This document shows, piece after piece, positions 30,311 to 41,568 of a stretch of 64,000 nt of DNA (positions within the stretch are counted from its first letter, which is position 1; each line of letters begins with the position of its first letter). A program made the translations under genes and the position numbers. The stretch is from Pyramidobacter piscolens (lineage in GTDB: Bacteria; Synergistota; Synergistia; Synergistales; Dethiosulfovibrionaceae), in the NCBI GenBank assembly GCA_004558205.1, contig SFDM01000029.1, positions 18,784 to 82,783 of the forward strand. The letters run 5' to 3'. Below the pieces are notes generated by a model. The model ran no database searches and was not told the DNA's origin. It saw only the letters and a list, made by a program, of their open reading frames with translations.

Positions 30311-31642
30311 TTACGACAATAGGCAATCGTCCTCAGTTGCACTTTTTTTTATCAAATCGCCAAAAAGCACGCCCTGATTTTGAGAAACAGCCCTCACCAG
30401 CCGCTCTTCACGGAATATTTTACCATCTTTCAGGTGAAATTCAATATACTGGGGCGTATACCCTTGAGATTTTCCTCGCGCCTCGCCTTCAAACAAAACA
30501 GGAACCTCGCGCCCCACCCATCGGGCCGCTTCGGCGGAAATCTGTTCCAATCCCGCCCGTTTCAAACGCTCCGCGCGGTCTTCGGCAACGGAACTTTCAA
30601 CCTGGCAGGGCATGGACGCCGCCGGCGTGCCCGCCCTGGGAGAATAGCGGAAACCGTGAACGCGCCCGATCCGCGCCGCTTTCATCAGGTCCAGCGTGTT
30701 TTGGAAAGCCGCTTCGCTCTCGCCGGGAAAGGCGCACATCACGTCGGTGGAAATGTGGAGGTCCTGCCCCAGCGCGTCCCTCAGCCGCCGGACCAGGGCC
30801 AGATAGTCCTCCGCCCCATGGCCGCGGCCCATGCGCCTCAAAACTCCGTCGTCGCCCGACTGGAGCGGCAGATGGAGATGGCGGCAGAACGACGGCGTCT
30901 CCGCCAGCGCGTCCAAAAGCTCGCCGTCCACGCAGAAGGGTTCCAGCGAGCCGAAACGCAGCCTTTTCAGGCCCTCCAGCGCCCCCAGCCCGCGGATTAG
31001 GGCCGCGAAGGACTCGCCGCTGTCGCGGCCGAACAGCCCCAGATGGACGCCCGTCAGCACGATCTCGAGACAGCCCGCGCCGAGGCAGCGCCGCGCCTCT
31101 TCGAGGATATCGCCGGCCGGCCGGCTGACCGACGGGCCTCTCAGCGAGGGCACGATACAATAGGTGCAGCCGTGGTCGCAGCCGTCCTGCACCTTGATGA
31201 AAGCCCGGCTGTGATGCAGGGGCCGGTCAAGCTCCAAAGCGTCCCAGCGGCGGGGCGGCGTTCCGCGAAGCGCCTGAAATTTCGGCGACTTTTCCTCAAA
31301 AAAGCGCTCCACCCTGTCGGGAATCTCGCTTTTGAGGCGGTTGCCGACCAGAAGGTTCACGCCCATACCGCGGGCCAGATCCTCGCCGACGCCCTGCGCC
31401 CAGCAGCCGCAGGCTACAATACAGGCCCCGGGAGACAAGCGGCGGAAACGGTGAATCAGCTGGCGGCTTTTCCGGTCGGCCATGGCCGTCACGGAACAGG
31501 TCACGATCACCGCCGCGTCGAAGGGCGCTTCCTCGACGATCAGGGCGCCTCGACACACAAAGGCGGAGGCGATGGATTCCGCCTCCGCCAAATTGGTCCT
31601 GCACCCCAGGGCCTGCACGGCCACTCTGCGGCCCTTCAGCAT
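30311..31642 (-). CDS. mtaB: MiaB/MtaB-family tRNA methylthiotransferase (MtaB-like)
   Basis: UPF0004 LGCRTN / TCSVT, radical SAM KVQDGCDHGCTYC and HLPLQSG; prmA context. Confidence 0.85.
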   Translation of the reverse strand: MLKGRRVAVQALGCRTNLAEAESIASAFVCRGALIVEEAPFDAAVIVTCSVTAMADRKSRQLIHRFRRLSPGACIVACGCWAQGVGEDLARGMGVNLLVGNRLKSEIPDRVERFFEEKSPKFQALRGTPPRRWDALELDRPLHHSRAFIKVQDGCDHGCTYCIVPSLRGPSVSRPAGDILEEARRCLGAGCLEIVLTGVHLGLFGRDSGESFAALIRGLGALEGLKRLRFGSLEPFCVDGELLDALAETPSFCRHLHLPLQSGDDGVLRRMGRGHGAEDYLALVRRLRDALGQDLHISTDVMCAFPGESEAAFQNTLDLMKAARIGRVHGFRYSPRAGTPAASMPCQVESSVAEDRAERLKRAGLEQISAEAARWVGREVPVLFEGEARGKSQGYTPQYIEFHLKDGKIFREERLVRAVSQNQGVLFGDLIKKSATEDDCLLS

Positions 31643-32512
31643 TTAAATCTTTTCCGCGGCGAGGCCGCACCAGTCGCCGCTCTGAATTTCATCGATCAGG
31701 CGCAGTCCGTTCTGCTCCAAGAGCGTCTTGAAGATCTCGCCTTCCTTGATCACCATGCCCGAGAAGATCGCCCGTCCGCCCTTTTTCAGGACGCCCGCCA
31801 CATCGGGCAGCATGGCGCACAGCGGTTCGTAAAGGATGTTGGCCATCAGCAGGTCCACTTTATGGTCGAATCCCTTCAGCAGGTCGCCCACGGCGATGTC
31901 GAGCCGGTCGGAAGATATGCCGTTCAGTTCCAGCGTGTTGTGAATGGCCTCCTCCATGACGGCGGGATCCAAATCCCGCGCGTAGGCCTTCACGGCGCCC
32001 ATCTTCAGCGCCGCGATGGACAGGATCGCCGACCCGCAGCCGATATCGGCCACCGTATCGCCCTCGCGGATGCAGCGTTCCACCAGCGTCAGCACCGACT
32101 GGGTGCTTTCGTGGTATCCCGTGCCAAAGGCCGTTCCGGGATAGATATAGACCGGCAGGCGGCCCTTGTCTTCCTTGCCGGCATGCCACGGCGCCATGAC
32201 CACCAGGCTCTTCCCAACGTTCAAGGGAGGAAAGGCGTCCATCCACTCCGTGTTCCACGGACGGTTCTCGATCTTGCCCATGTCCTTGATCTCCAGATTT
32301 TCCCAGGGCTCCAGCAACGGCGTCAAAACCTTGAGCCATTCCCCCAGATCCTGATTGCTGCGGTAATAGATCTGAAGCTCGGAGGCGTCGCCGCGGCTCA
32401 CATCCAGAGACCCGATGCAGCCGGAAGCTTCCGCGGCGGAGCTCATCACTTCCTCCATGCCGACGGGACCCCTTAACGTAATGTACCACCAGTAATTCTC
32501 ACCGGACGTCAT
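31643..32512 (-). CDS. prmA: 50S ribosomal protein L11 methyltransferase
   Basis: PGTAFGTGYHEST, DIGCGSAILS and ANIL. Start MTSGEN behind AGGAGG. Confidence 0.93.
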   Translation of the reverse strand: MTSGENYWWYITLRGPVGMEEVMSSAAEASGCIGSLDVSRGDASELQIYYRSNQDLGEWLKVLTPLLEPWENLEIKDMGKIENRPWNTEWMDAFPPLNVGKSLVVMAPWHAGKEDKGRLPVYIYPGTAFGTGYHESTQSVLTLVERCIREGDTVADIGCGSAILSIAALKMGAVKAYARDLDPAVMEEAIHNTLELNGISSDRLDIAVGDLLKGFDHKVDLLMANILYEPLCAMLPDVAGVLKKGGRAIFSGMVIKEGEIFKTLLEQNGLRLIDEIQSGDWCGLAAEKI

Positions 32513-32606
32513 AATAAAAATCCTCCTGCCCCGAGGGCGTGAATTTACGCCTATTATACCAAAGGAAGGACAGAAAGGAAAATTCCGCACATTTCAGCTT
32601 TCGGCG

Positions 32607-33440
32607 CTATTTGCCAAGGCGCTTCAGAAGGAAGGGCACGGCCTGTTCGAAGTTCACGCCGTACCAGCGGTGGTCAGGGTCGTCCAGCGTGACTCGGATA
32701 CACTCGGCGGTGTAGTCGGCGGCGATTCTCGAGGACTCCTTCCAGTCAAAGCCGTTCATCAGGGCGCCCACGCAGGCGCTGGAGAAAATGTCGCCCGTGC
32801 CGTGGAAGCTCACGTCCAGCCGGGGATGGGCGTAGTGATAGTACTGGCCGGCTTCGCGGTCATAGCCCATGACGCCCGTCACGCCCTTTTCGAAGCCCAC
32901 GCCGGTCAGCAGGCTGACAGGCGCGCCCAGGTCGGCCAGCTTGCCCAGCAGCTTCTTCACATAGGCCTCGTCGTAGGTCTCGCGGTATTCCGATCCGGTC
33001 ATGAAGCAGGCTTCGGTGATGTTGGGCACGATAATGTCCGCCTTGGCGCAGAGGGCGCCCATCTTTTTGGCGAAAGCCGCGTCGAAGGCGGGATAAAGCT
33101 TGCCGTTATCGGCCATGACAGGATCCACAAAGATCACGTTGGAAGGAGTCTTGAACTGCGCGAACATCTCCGCCAGCAGCTCGATCTGCTCGTCCGATCC
33201 CAGATAGCCCGTGTAGACGGCGTCGAAGCCGATCCCCTCATCCTTCCAGTGGCGCGTGATGGGCCTGATCTCGTCGGTCAGGTCGCGGCAGGTGAAGTTC
33301 TTGAACATGGTGTGGGTCGACAGCACCGCCGTAGGGATAACGGCGGTCTCCACGCCCATGGCAGAAATGATGGGCAGCGCGACGGTGAGCGAACATTTGC
33401 CTACGCAGGAAATATCCTGGACGGTGACGATTCTTTTCAT
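32607..33440 (-). CDS. pdxK: Pyridoxal/pyridoxamine kinase
   Basis: QDISCVGKCSL, PTAVLSTHT, DPVMADNG, PNITEA and HGTGDIF. Confidence 0.92.
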   Translation of the reverse strand: MKRIVTVQDISCVGKCSLTVALPIISAMGVETAVIPTAVLSTHTMFKNFTCRDLTDEIRPITRHWKDEGIGFDAVYTGYLGSDEQIELLAEMFAQFKTPSNVIFVDPVMADNGKLYPAFDAAFAKKMGALCAKADIIVPNITEACFMTGSEYRETYDEAYVKKLLGKLADLGAPVSLLTGVGFEKGVTGVMGYDREAGQYYHYAHPRLDVSFHGTGDIFSSACVGALMNGFDWKESSRIAADYTAECIRVTLDDPDHRWYGVNFEQAVPFLLKRLGK

Positions 33441-33485
33441 AGTAATTTTCTACCTCTCTGTATTTTCAGTTTTTCGTTCTTCATA

Positions 33486-33567
33486 TTGACGAGCGATGAC
33501 AGGGCCATTATACTCACATCTGACCATGTTAAAATAGCCATAAAAGAAATAAATCATAAGGTCAGAT
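33486..33567. promoter_or_regulatory. Divergent pdxK/pdxR promoters and PdxR-type operator
   Basis: Plus strand TTGACG(33486)-N17-TATACT(33509). Minus strand TATAAT at 33507-33512. Inverted repeat ATCTGACC(33518)...GGTCAGAT(33560) contains the CTGACC motif known for Bacillus PdxR. Confidence 0.65.
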
Positions 33568-33578
33568 TGGAGCGCGCC

Positions 33579-34990
33579 ATGCTTACCTACTCTTTTGAAG
33601 GCCGGGGAGACTGCGGCCTCAGCGAATACCTGTACCGCCGGATCAAGGCCGACATCTTGGAGGGACGTCTGGCCCCCGGCGAAAAACTGCCCTCAAAGCG
33701 CGCTTTGGCCCGGCACCTCAGCGTGAGCGCCGTCACCGTGGAAAACACCTACGGCCAGCTCGCCGCCGAAGGCTATCTCCGACCGGAACCCCGGCGGGGC
33801 TTTTTGTGCCGGCGCTGCCGCCCCGGCAGCGGCCGCCGGCGCCCCGCCCTCCCAGGCGGCCCCTTCCCGCCGAAGGGGAACGGGCCTGGCTCGCCGACTT
33901 CGCCAGCAGCGCCGCCGACGCCGAGACCTTTCCCTTTCTCAGCTGGAACAGGACCATGCGGGAGACCATGGCCCAGTGCCGGGACCAGCTGGCGGCCTCT
34001 TCGCCCTCGCCGGGCGTGCCGGAGCTGCGCGCCGCCCTGGCGGACTACCTTTACCAGTTCCGCGGCATGACGGTAGATCCGTCGCAGATCGTGGTGGGGG
34101 CGGGAACGGAATACCTCTACGGCCTGATCGTCCGCTTGCTGGGGCCGCGGCGCTGCGCCGTCGAGGACCCGGGCTACCAGAAGATATCGAAAATTTACGA
34201 GAGCTGCGGCGTGGACTGCGCCTTTATCCCCCTGGACGGCAGCGGCGTGGAGATCGAAAGCCTGGAGCGCTCGGCCGCCACGGTGCTCCACATTTCGCCG
34301 TCACACCACTTCCCCACAGGGCTGGTCACGCCCGTGAGCCGGCGCTGGGAGCTGCTGGACTGGGCGTCGCGGCTTCAGGGACGGGTGATCGTGGAAGACG
34401 ACTACGACAGCGAATTCCGCATGGTGGGCCGGCCTATCCCCTCCCTTCAAAGCATCGACGGCGGCGGGCAGGTGATCTACGTCAACACCTTCTCCAAGAG
34501 CCTGATCCCTACGATCCGCATCAGCTACATGGTGCTGCCGCCGTGGCTCATGGAGCTTTACCGGCAAAAGCTGGGCTTCTATTCCTGCACCGTCTCAAAC
34601 TTCGAGCAGTACACGCTGGCGCGGTTCATCGAAAAGGGGCTCTTCGAAAAGCACGTCAACCGCATGAGAAATTACTACTGCTCCCAGAGGGACGCCATCC
34701 TGGCCTGCATCAGGAAGCACCCCTGCCGCGGACGCCTGTCCGTCGGCGAGGAAAACGCGGGGCTCCACTTCCTGCTGACGGTCAAGACCGATTTGAGCGA
34801 CGAAGAGCTGCTTCAAAAGCTGCAGCGCCACGGCGTCCGCATCTTCTGCCTGAGCCAGTTTTACCGCGACAAAAAGCGCGCCCTGGAGCACCGTCTGGTC
34901 GTCAACTACTCCGGCATCCCCCGCGGCCGCCTGGAGGAGTCGGTGAACCTTCTCCTGGACAGTTTGGACGATAGCACAACGGCGCCATAG
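33579..34990 (+). pseudogene. pdxR: MocR/GabR-family PLP-dependent regulator (PdxR-like), frameshifted
   Basis: wHTH (PGEKLPSKRALA..LAAEGYL..RRGF) from ATG 33579. The aminotransferase-like domain (SPSHHFPTG, IVEDDYDSEFR, NTFSKS) lies in another frame. One extra T in the T5 run at 33801-33805 restores RGFFVP and a 470-aa ORF. Confidence 0.88.
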
Positions 34991-35041
34991 GAGCCGCTTC
35001 GTCTGGGATATATCAAGAAAAATCGCAGGAAGGGAAAGAGA

Positions 35042-35249
35042 ATGGCCGAAAAACTTTTGGAATTGCCCATTGGGAACCCTGACAGCCTTTCTTTTCGGCT
35101 TATGCGATGAAAATACTTTGGCTTTGATTTGAAATTTCGGAGCGAAGTAGATTTTCTCAATGACTTTGCGAGCACTGCCTATAGGATATCAGAGCTTTCA
35201 CAACATCCGCGCGGAAAATTAAGTCTATGTGGATAAAACGGCGAAATAG
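35042..35249 (+). pseudogene. Two N-terminal remnants of AAA-ATPase-like (PF09820-type) genes
   Basis: 35042 reads MAEKLLELPIG; 35160 reads MTLRALPIGYQSFHNIRAEN*VYVDKTAK*. Both match the family start LPIGIQSFxxIRxxxYxYVDKT. Confidence 0.7.
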
Positions 35250-35269
35250 CTCTCCCTTACTGATTTGAA

Positions 35270-35422
35270 CGCCAAGGGGCGCAAAGGGAAAGCGAAAATC
35301 TGGGTAAAGAAAACAGCAATCATCAAATTTTACAAACACCAAGCCTTTCCCTTCCTTTGCGAACCTTCGCACGCTTTCTTTCCATCTTTGCGATGAAAAT
35401 CCTTTGACCTTGACTTTGCTTT
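35270..35422 (-). repeat. Repeat family A, copy 3
   Basis: GGCGCAAAGGG...CTTTGCGAACCTTCGCAC...TGCGATGAAAATCCTTTGACCTTGA. Confidence 0.75.
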
Positions 35423-35472
35423 TGCATAATTATAGAACCTCCGCGGAATTTTTTTCCGGGAGGCTCCTCACA

Positions 35473-35488
35473 TGTTCTACGTGGAACA
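35473..35488. promoter_or_regulatory. parS: parS-like ParB binding site
   Basis: TGTTCTACGTGGAACA, one mismatch to the palindromic parS TGTTCCACGTGGAACA; intergenic. Confidence 0.7.
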
Positions 35489-35510
35489 TTTTATGCTCAT
35501 GGATTTTTCA

Positions 35511-35760
35511 GGTTAAAAGCTTTTAATGTAAAGGCTCGCAAAGGAAAACCTTGAAAGACTTTTAGAACCGCAAGATCAAGCGAAATTTATAAATTTCCAT
35601 CATGTTAATTCGTTTTTTAGTTAATAATTTAGGTTTTATTTTTCCTTTGCGTCCTTTGCACCCTTTCTCTTCAGCCTTTGCGTCCTTCGCGCCCTTTCTT
35701 CTTCAGTATCTTTGCGTTGAAATCCTTTGACTTTGATCTTCGGTCCGACATGAAGCACGC
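35511..35760 (-). repeat. Repeat family A, copy 4 (internal duplication of the CTTTGCGTCCTT unit)
   Basis: CGCAAAGGAAAAC...AATTTATAAATT...CTTTGCGTCCTTTGCACCCTTTCTCTTCAGC...TGCGTTGAAATCCTTTGACTTTGATCTTCG; colinear with 28983-29197. Confidence 0.8.
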
Positions 35761-35787
35761 TGAATGCGAATTAACATAACGCGAGAA

Positions 35788-35833
35788 CAAAAAATCCCCC
35801 GTCGGAAAACGAGCTTCCGAACGGGGGATTTTT
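35788..35833 (-). terminator. Terminator after dnaJ
   Basis: AAAAAATCCCCCGT...ACGGGGGATTTTT. Confidence 0.8.
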
Positions 35834-35838
35834 GATGG

Positions 35839-37014
35839 CTACTTTTTCTTTTTTGTCGTCTTTTTCTTTGAGTCCGACGTTTCGCTTTTCTTGCCGCCAA
35901 AGAGCTTGTCGAAGAAGCCCGGCTCCTCGCCGTCCTTCGTCGCGACGCTCATCTCGGCCGCCAGTTCCTTCATCAGCTCCAAGCTCTTCTCGGACAGGGC
36001 GCTGCCCTTGGGCACGTCCACGGTCACGTGAAGATAAAGGTCGCCGCGGCCCGAGCCGCGCAGGCGAGGCATGCCTTTGCCCTTCAGGCGGATTGTCTGG
36101 CCCGGAGACGTGCCCTCGGGGATGTCGTAATCGGCCGTCCCGTCGATCAGCGTCTCCACCGACGACGAACCGCCCAGCACCGCCAGGGGGAAGGGGATCG
36201 TCACGGCGCGGTGCAGGTCCAAGCCCTCGCGCTGGAAATCGGGGTGGTCCTTCACGTCCATGACGATGTACAGGTCGCCCGGCGCGCCGCCGTTCATGCC
36301 TAGCTCGCCCGCGCCGGCCACCCGAAGGCGGGTGCCCCGGTCCACGCCGGCCTGGACTTTGATCTCCTGCTCGCGGCGGCGATGGATGCGGCCTTCGCCT
36401 CCGCACTCGCTGCAGGGCTTTTCCACCACTTTGCCGCGGCCTCCGCAGGTGGGGCAGGTCCCCACGGTCACCGTGTCGCCGAAGATGGTGCGCACGCGGG
36501 ACCTGACCTGGCCGGTGCCGCCGCAGGTGCTGCACGTCCGCGGCTCATGCCCCGGTTCGGAACCCGTTCCATTGCAGTGATCGCAAGGTTCCCAGCGCGG
36601 AATGGTGACTTTTTTCGCCACGCCGCGGGCAGCCTCTTCAAGGGTGATGGACAACACCATCTCCAGGTCGCTGCCCCGGCGGGGGGCGTCGGGACGGGAT
36701 CTTGCCCCGGTGAAGCCCCCGCCGAAGAAACTGCCGAACAGGTCGCCGAACATATCCTCGGCCCCGCCGCCAAAGGGATTGGCGTTCTCGTCGGCGGTTC
36801 CGAACTGATCGTAGCGGCTTCTTTTCTCCTGGTCGCCGAGAACCGAATAGGCCTCATTAACCTCCTTGAACTTCCGCTCTGCGTCGGGATCGCCGGGGTG
36901 GGAGTCCGGATGACAGGTGCGGACCTTTAAGCGATAGGCCTTCTTGATCTCCTCCGCTGTCGCTGTGCGGGAGACTTCAAGAACTTCGTAGAAATCCCGA
37001 CGGGTCTCAGCCAT
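35839..37014 (-). CDS. dnaJ: Chaperone DnaJ
   Basis: J-domain HPD and four CxxCxGxG repeats. Confidence 0.98.
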   Translation of the reverse strand: MAETRRDFYEVLEVSRTATAEEIKKAYRLKVRTCHPDSHPGDPDAERKFKEVNEAYSVLGDQEKRSRYDQFGTADENANPFGGGAEDMFGDLFGSFFGGGFTGARSRPDAPRRGSDLEMVLSITLEEAARGVAKKVTIPRWEPCDHCNGTGSEPGHEPRTCSTCGGTGQVRSRVRTIFGDTVTVGTCPTCGGRGKVVEKPCSECGGEGRIHRRREQEIKVQAGVDRGTRLRVAGAGELGMNGGAPGDLYIVMDVKDHPDFQREGLDLHRAVTIPFPLAVLGGSSSVETLIDGTADYDIPEGTSPGQTIRLKGKGMPRLRGSGRGDLYLHVTVDVPKGSALSEKSLELMKELAAEMSVATKDGEEPGFFDKLFGGKKSETSDSKKKTTKKKK

Positions 37015-37028
37015 CGTGTAATTTCCGT

Positions 37029-38867
<1,839 letters not shown>

Positions 38868-38935
38868 GAGAAATCACCTCAAAAATTAATTTTCGTTTCT
38901 ATGTATGTGGTACTGCGGTCTTTCCCGCTTATTCC

Positions 38936-39493
38936 CTAGTTCTGTTCCGGCGTTTCTTCGTCCTTTGGCTCGGAGTAGCGTCCCACCATGACCGTCGCGG
39001 GGCGGATGACTTTCTCGGCCAGCTGGAAACCGCGCTGAACCACGGTCTGGATCAGGCCGTCCTGCGCCTTGTCGGCCACGGGGACCATGCCCATGGCGTC
39101 GTGGCACAGAGGCGAGAACGCCTCGCCCACCGGGTTGAGCTCCTTGACGCCCAGCGAGGCCAGCGCGTTGGAGAACTGCTGCTTGACCATCCTGACGCCT
39201 TCCTTGATGGATCCGGGATTCTCTTCCGCCGATCCAAGCGCGCGTTCCAAGTTGTCGAACACGGGAAGCATCATCAGCACCGCCCGTTCGCTGCCCTGCG
39301 CCTTGAGGCGCTTCATCTCGCGCTCGGCCCAGTTGCGGTAGTTGATGCCGTCGGCCTGGGCACGGGCGGCGATTTCGCGCATCTGCTCGTACTGGCCTTT
39401 CAGCTTTTCAAGCTCCGACGCGTCGGAGTCGGTCACCTTTTCAGCGGTCACTTCCTCCGTCACGGGGACTTCCTTGTCTTTCATTTCATCCAT
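38936..39493 (-). CDS. grpE: Nucleotide exchange factor GrpE
   Basis: LPVFDNLERAL and QRGFQL..KVIRPATV; operon context. Confidence 0.95.
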   Translation of the reverse strand: MDEMKDKEVPVTEEVTAEKVTDSDASELEKLKGQYEQMREIAARAQADGINYRNWAEREMKRLKAQGSERAVLMMLPVFDNLERALGSAEENPGSIKEGVRMVKQQFSNALASLGVKELNPVGEAFSPLCHDAMGMVPVADKAQDGLIQTVVQRGFQLAEKVIRPATVMVGRYSEPKDEETPEQN

Positions 39494-40529
39494 TATGGGG
39501 ATCCTCCTTCCCGGCCGCCGGCCCGTTCAGGCCGCTCAAGACGGCTTCAAGCACGGCGATCGAGTGTTCGTAGTTCATTCGCAAAGGCCCTATCAGGCCG
39601 ACCACGGCCTTGCGTCCGCTTTCGGACGCCGTGGACATCATGACGGAACAGCCCTGCATAAAAGGGCGGGCGTTTTCGTCGCCGATGGTCACTTTCAGCC
39701 CATCGGAAGCGGCGTAGTCGTGGATCAGGTTCTCCAATCCCGCCTTCTCCTCCATCAGCGCCGAGATGGCCTGAATGCGGTCCTGTCTCTCGCTTGATTC
39801 GCCGTTGGACGTGAAGATCTCGCTGATGCCGCCCGTCGAAAGCGTAAGCCCGTCGCCGCTCATCATCCAGTCCAGACCGTCGAAGGCCGGTTTGCAGCCG
39901 TCCCAGTTGGAGGAAAGCTGCTGGGCCAGATAAATGTTCAGCCCTTCGCGGACGCTGCCCCAGGGATGGCCCGAAGCGACGCGGTTGATGATCCGCGACA
40001 GGTCGTCCAGATGCTCCTGGGTGATGTCGCTCTTCACCTTGACGCGGCTGTGATGGACCATGCCGCCCTCAAGGACCAGAAGCAGAAGCACCACGTCGGC
40101 CGAGATCCTGATGAAATCCACCTTCTGAAGTTTCAGGTCGTCCACCACCTTGACGGCGGCGACGCTGAAACATCTCGTAAAACGGCCCAAAAAGCGGGTC
40201 ACCTCGTTAAGGCGCTCGTCAAGGCCCTGAAGCTGGCTCGACATCTGGTTCATCCACTGCTTGATCTCCGGCGGCGGGACCGAGGGCCTGTGAAGGATCG
40301 AATTCACGTAGACCCGATAGGCCATGGACGTGGGAAGGCGTCCCGCCGAAGAATGAGGCTGGGAGAAATAGCCCATCTCTTCGAGATCGGACATCTCGTT
40401 CCTGATGGTCGCCGCACTGTGGCTTTTCAGAAATTTCCGCGAAATCGTGCGCGAACCCACGGGTTCGCCCGTCTGGATATATTCGTATACCACCGCGAGC
40501 ACTATTTCAAGCTGGCGTTCAGTAAGCAC
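39486..40529 (-). CDS. hrcA: Heat-inducible transcription repressor HrcA
   Basis: EPVGSRT, SAATIRNEMSDLEEMG, QPHSSAGRLPT and GLIGPLRMNY. Confidence 0.97.
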   Translation of the reverse strand: MLTERQLEIVLAVVYEYIQTGEPVGSRTISRKFLKSHSAATIRNEMSDLEEMGYFSQPHSSAGRLPTSMAYRVYVNSILHRPSVPPPEIKQWMNQMSSQLQGLDERLNEVTRFLGRFTRCFSVAAVKVVDDLKLQKVDFIRISADVVLLLLVLEGGMVHHSRVKVKSDITQEHLDDLSRIINRVASGHPWGSVREGLNIYLAQQLSSNWDGCKPAFDGLDWMMSGDGLTLSTGGISEIFTSNGESSERQDRIQAISALMEEKAGLENLIHDYAASDGLKVTIGDENARPFMQGCSVMMSTASESGRKAVVGLIGPLRMNYEHSIAVLEAVLSGLNGPAAGKEDPHNG

Positions 40530-40550
40530 CGCCTCACCCCCTTCGGCTTA

Positions 40551-40577
40551 TTAGCACTCAATTAAAAGGAGTGCTAA
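40551..40577. promoter_or_regulatory. CIRCE element
   Basis: Perfect TTAGCACTC-N9-GAGTGCTAA upstream of hrcA. Confidence 0.97.
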
Positions 40578-40596
40578 CGCACCCATCACGAAAGAG

Positions 40597-40625
40597 AGGA
40601 TACCAGCATTCTCCGTTAATGTCAA
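40597..40625 (-). promoter_or_regulatory. Sigma70-type promoter of the hrcA operon
   Basis: TTGACA-N17-TATCCT with extended TG, directly upstream of CIRCE. Confidence 0.7.
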
Positions 40626-40833
40626 GACAGGTCAGAAAGAAATTTTACTTATCTTTGCTGACAAAAAAATTCGGGTTTGTCCTTCCGAAAGCGCGTCAAA
40701 ACCTTTCGGCGCCTTTCAACATGATTTACTTGGCTTACCATCCCGCGCAGCGCTCATTCACGCAAAGGTGCCTCTTTGGGATATAATAGAAAAAGATATA
40801 ATAAGAAAAAATTTTCAAAAAGGAGGCGGCACC

Positions 40834-41568
40834 GTGCTGCGAGCGGCGCTTTGCGATGATCAGCCCGAAGATTTGAAAAAACTGTCGGCCGCGCTGCGGG
40901 AATATCTGGAGGAACGCGGGATCCCCGCGGAAATCGAGGAGTTCCTCCACCCCGACGAGCTGCTTTCGGCCTGCGAAAAAAACCCATTCCACCTGTACCT
41001 TCTGGACGTGGTGATGCCCATGGTCAGCGGCATCCAGGCTGGGCGGGAACTGCGGCGCTTCGATAGGGAAGCCCAGATCGTCTTCATCACCTGCGAACCG
41101 GGCTTCGCCCTGGACTCCTTTTCGGCCAACCCCGTCAACTACCTCCTCAAACCCCTCGACAAGGACACGCTTTTCGACACTCTGACCCTGGCTCTCTCAA
41201 AGATCGGCCTCGCCGAAAAGCGGACTGTGGCCGTCAAGACAAAAGAAGGCTACCGCACCCTGAGCCTTTCGTCCATCCTGTGCTGTGAATACGCCGGCCA
41301 CCGGGCGCTCTACACGCTGCTCTCGGGCGAAAAGGTGCTTACGGCCACGCTGCCCTGCAGCTTCGCCGGCCACATCGCGCCGTTGCTCGCGCGCGGGCGC
41401 ATCGTGCAGACCCACGCGGCTTTTGCCGTGAACGCGGCCCATATAGAGCACCTCGGGCGAACCGAGGCGCGGCTCCGCGGAGGCGTTTCCGTCCCCGTGT
41501 CGCGCAGCCAGTACCCCGCCGTCCGCGAGGCCTATCTGTCGCTCAGGCTGGAAGGACGCCATGACTGA
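40834..41568 (+). CDS. LytTR-family response regulator
   Basis: Receiver CDD...LLDVVMP...YLLKP and LytTR C-terminus. GTG start behind AGGAGG. Confidence 0.92.
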   Translation: MLRAALCDDQPEDLKKLSAALREYLEERGIPAEIEEFLHPDELLSACEKNPFHLYLLDVVMPMVSGIQAGRELRRFDREAQIVFITCEPGFALDSFSANPVNYLLKPLDKDTLFDTLTLALSKIGLAEKRTVAVKTKEGYRTLSLSSILCCEYAGHRALYTLLSGEKVLTATLPCSFAGHIAPLLARGRIVQTHAAFAVNAAHIEHLGRTEARLRGGVSVPVSRSQYPAVREAYLSLRLEGRHD

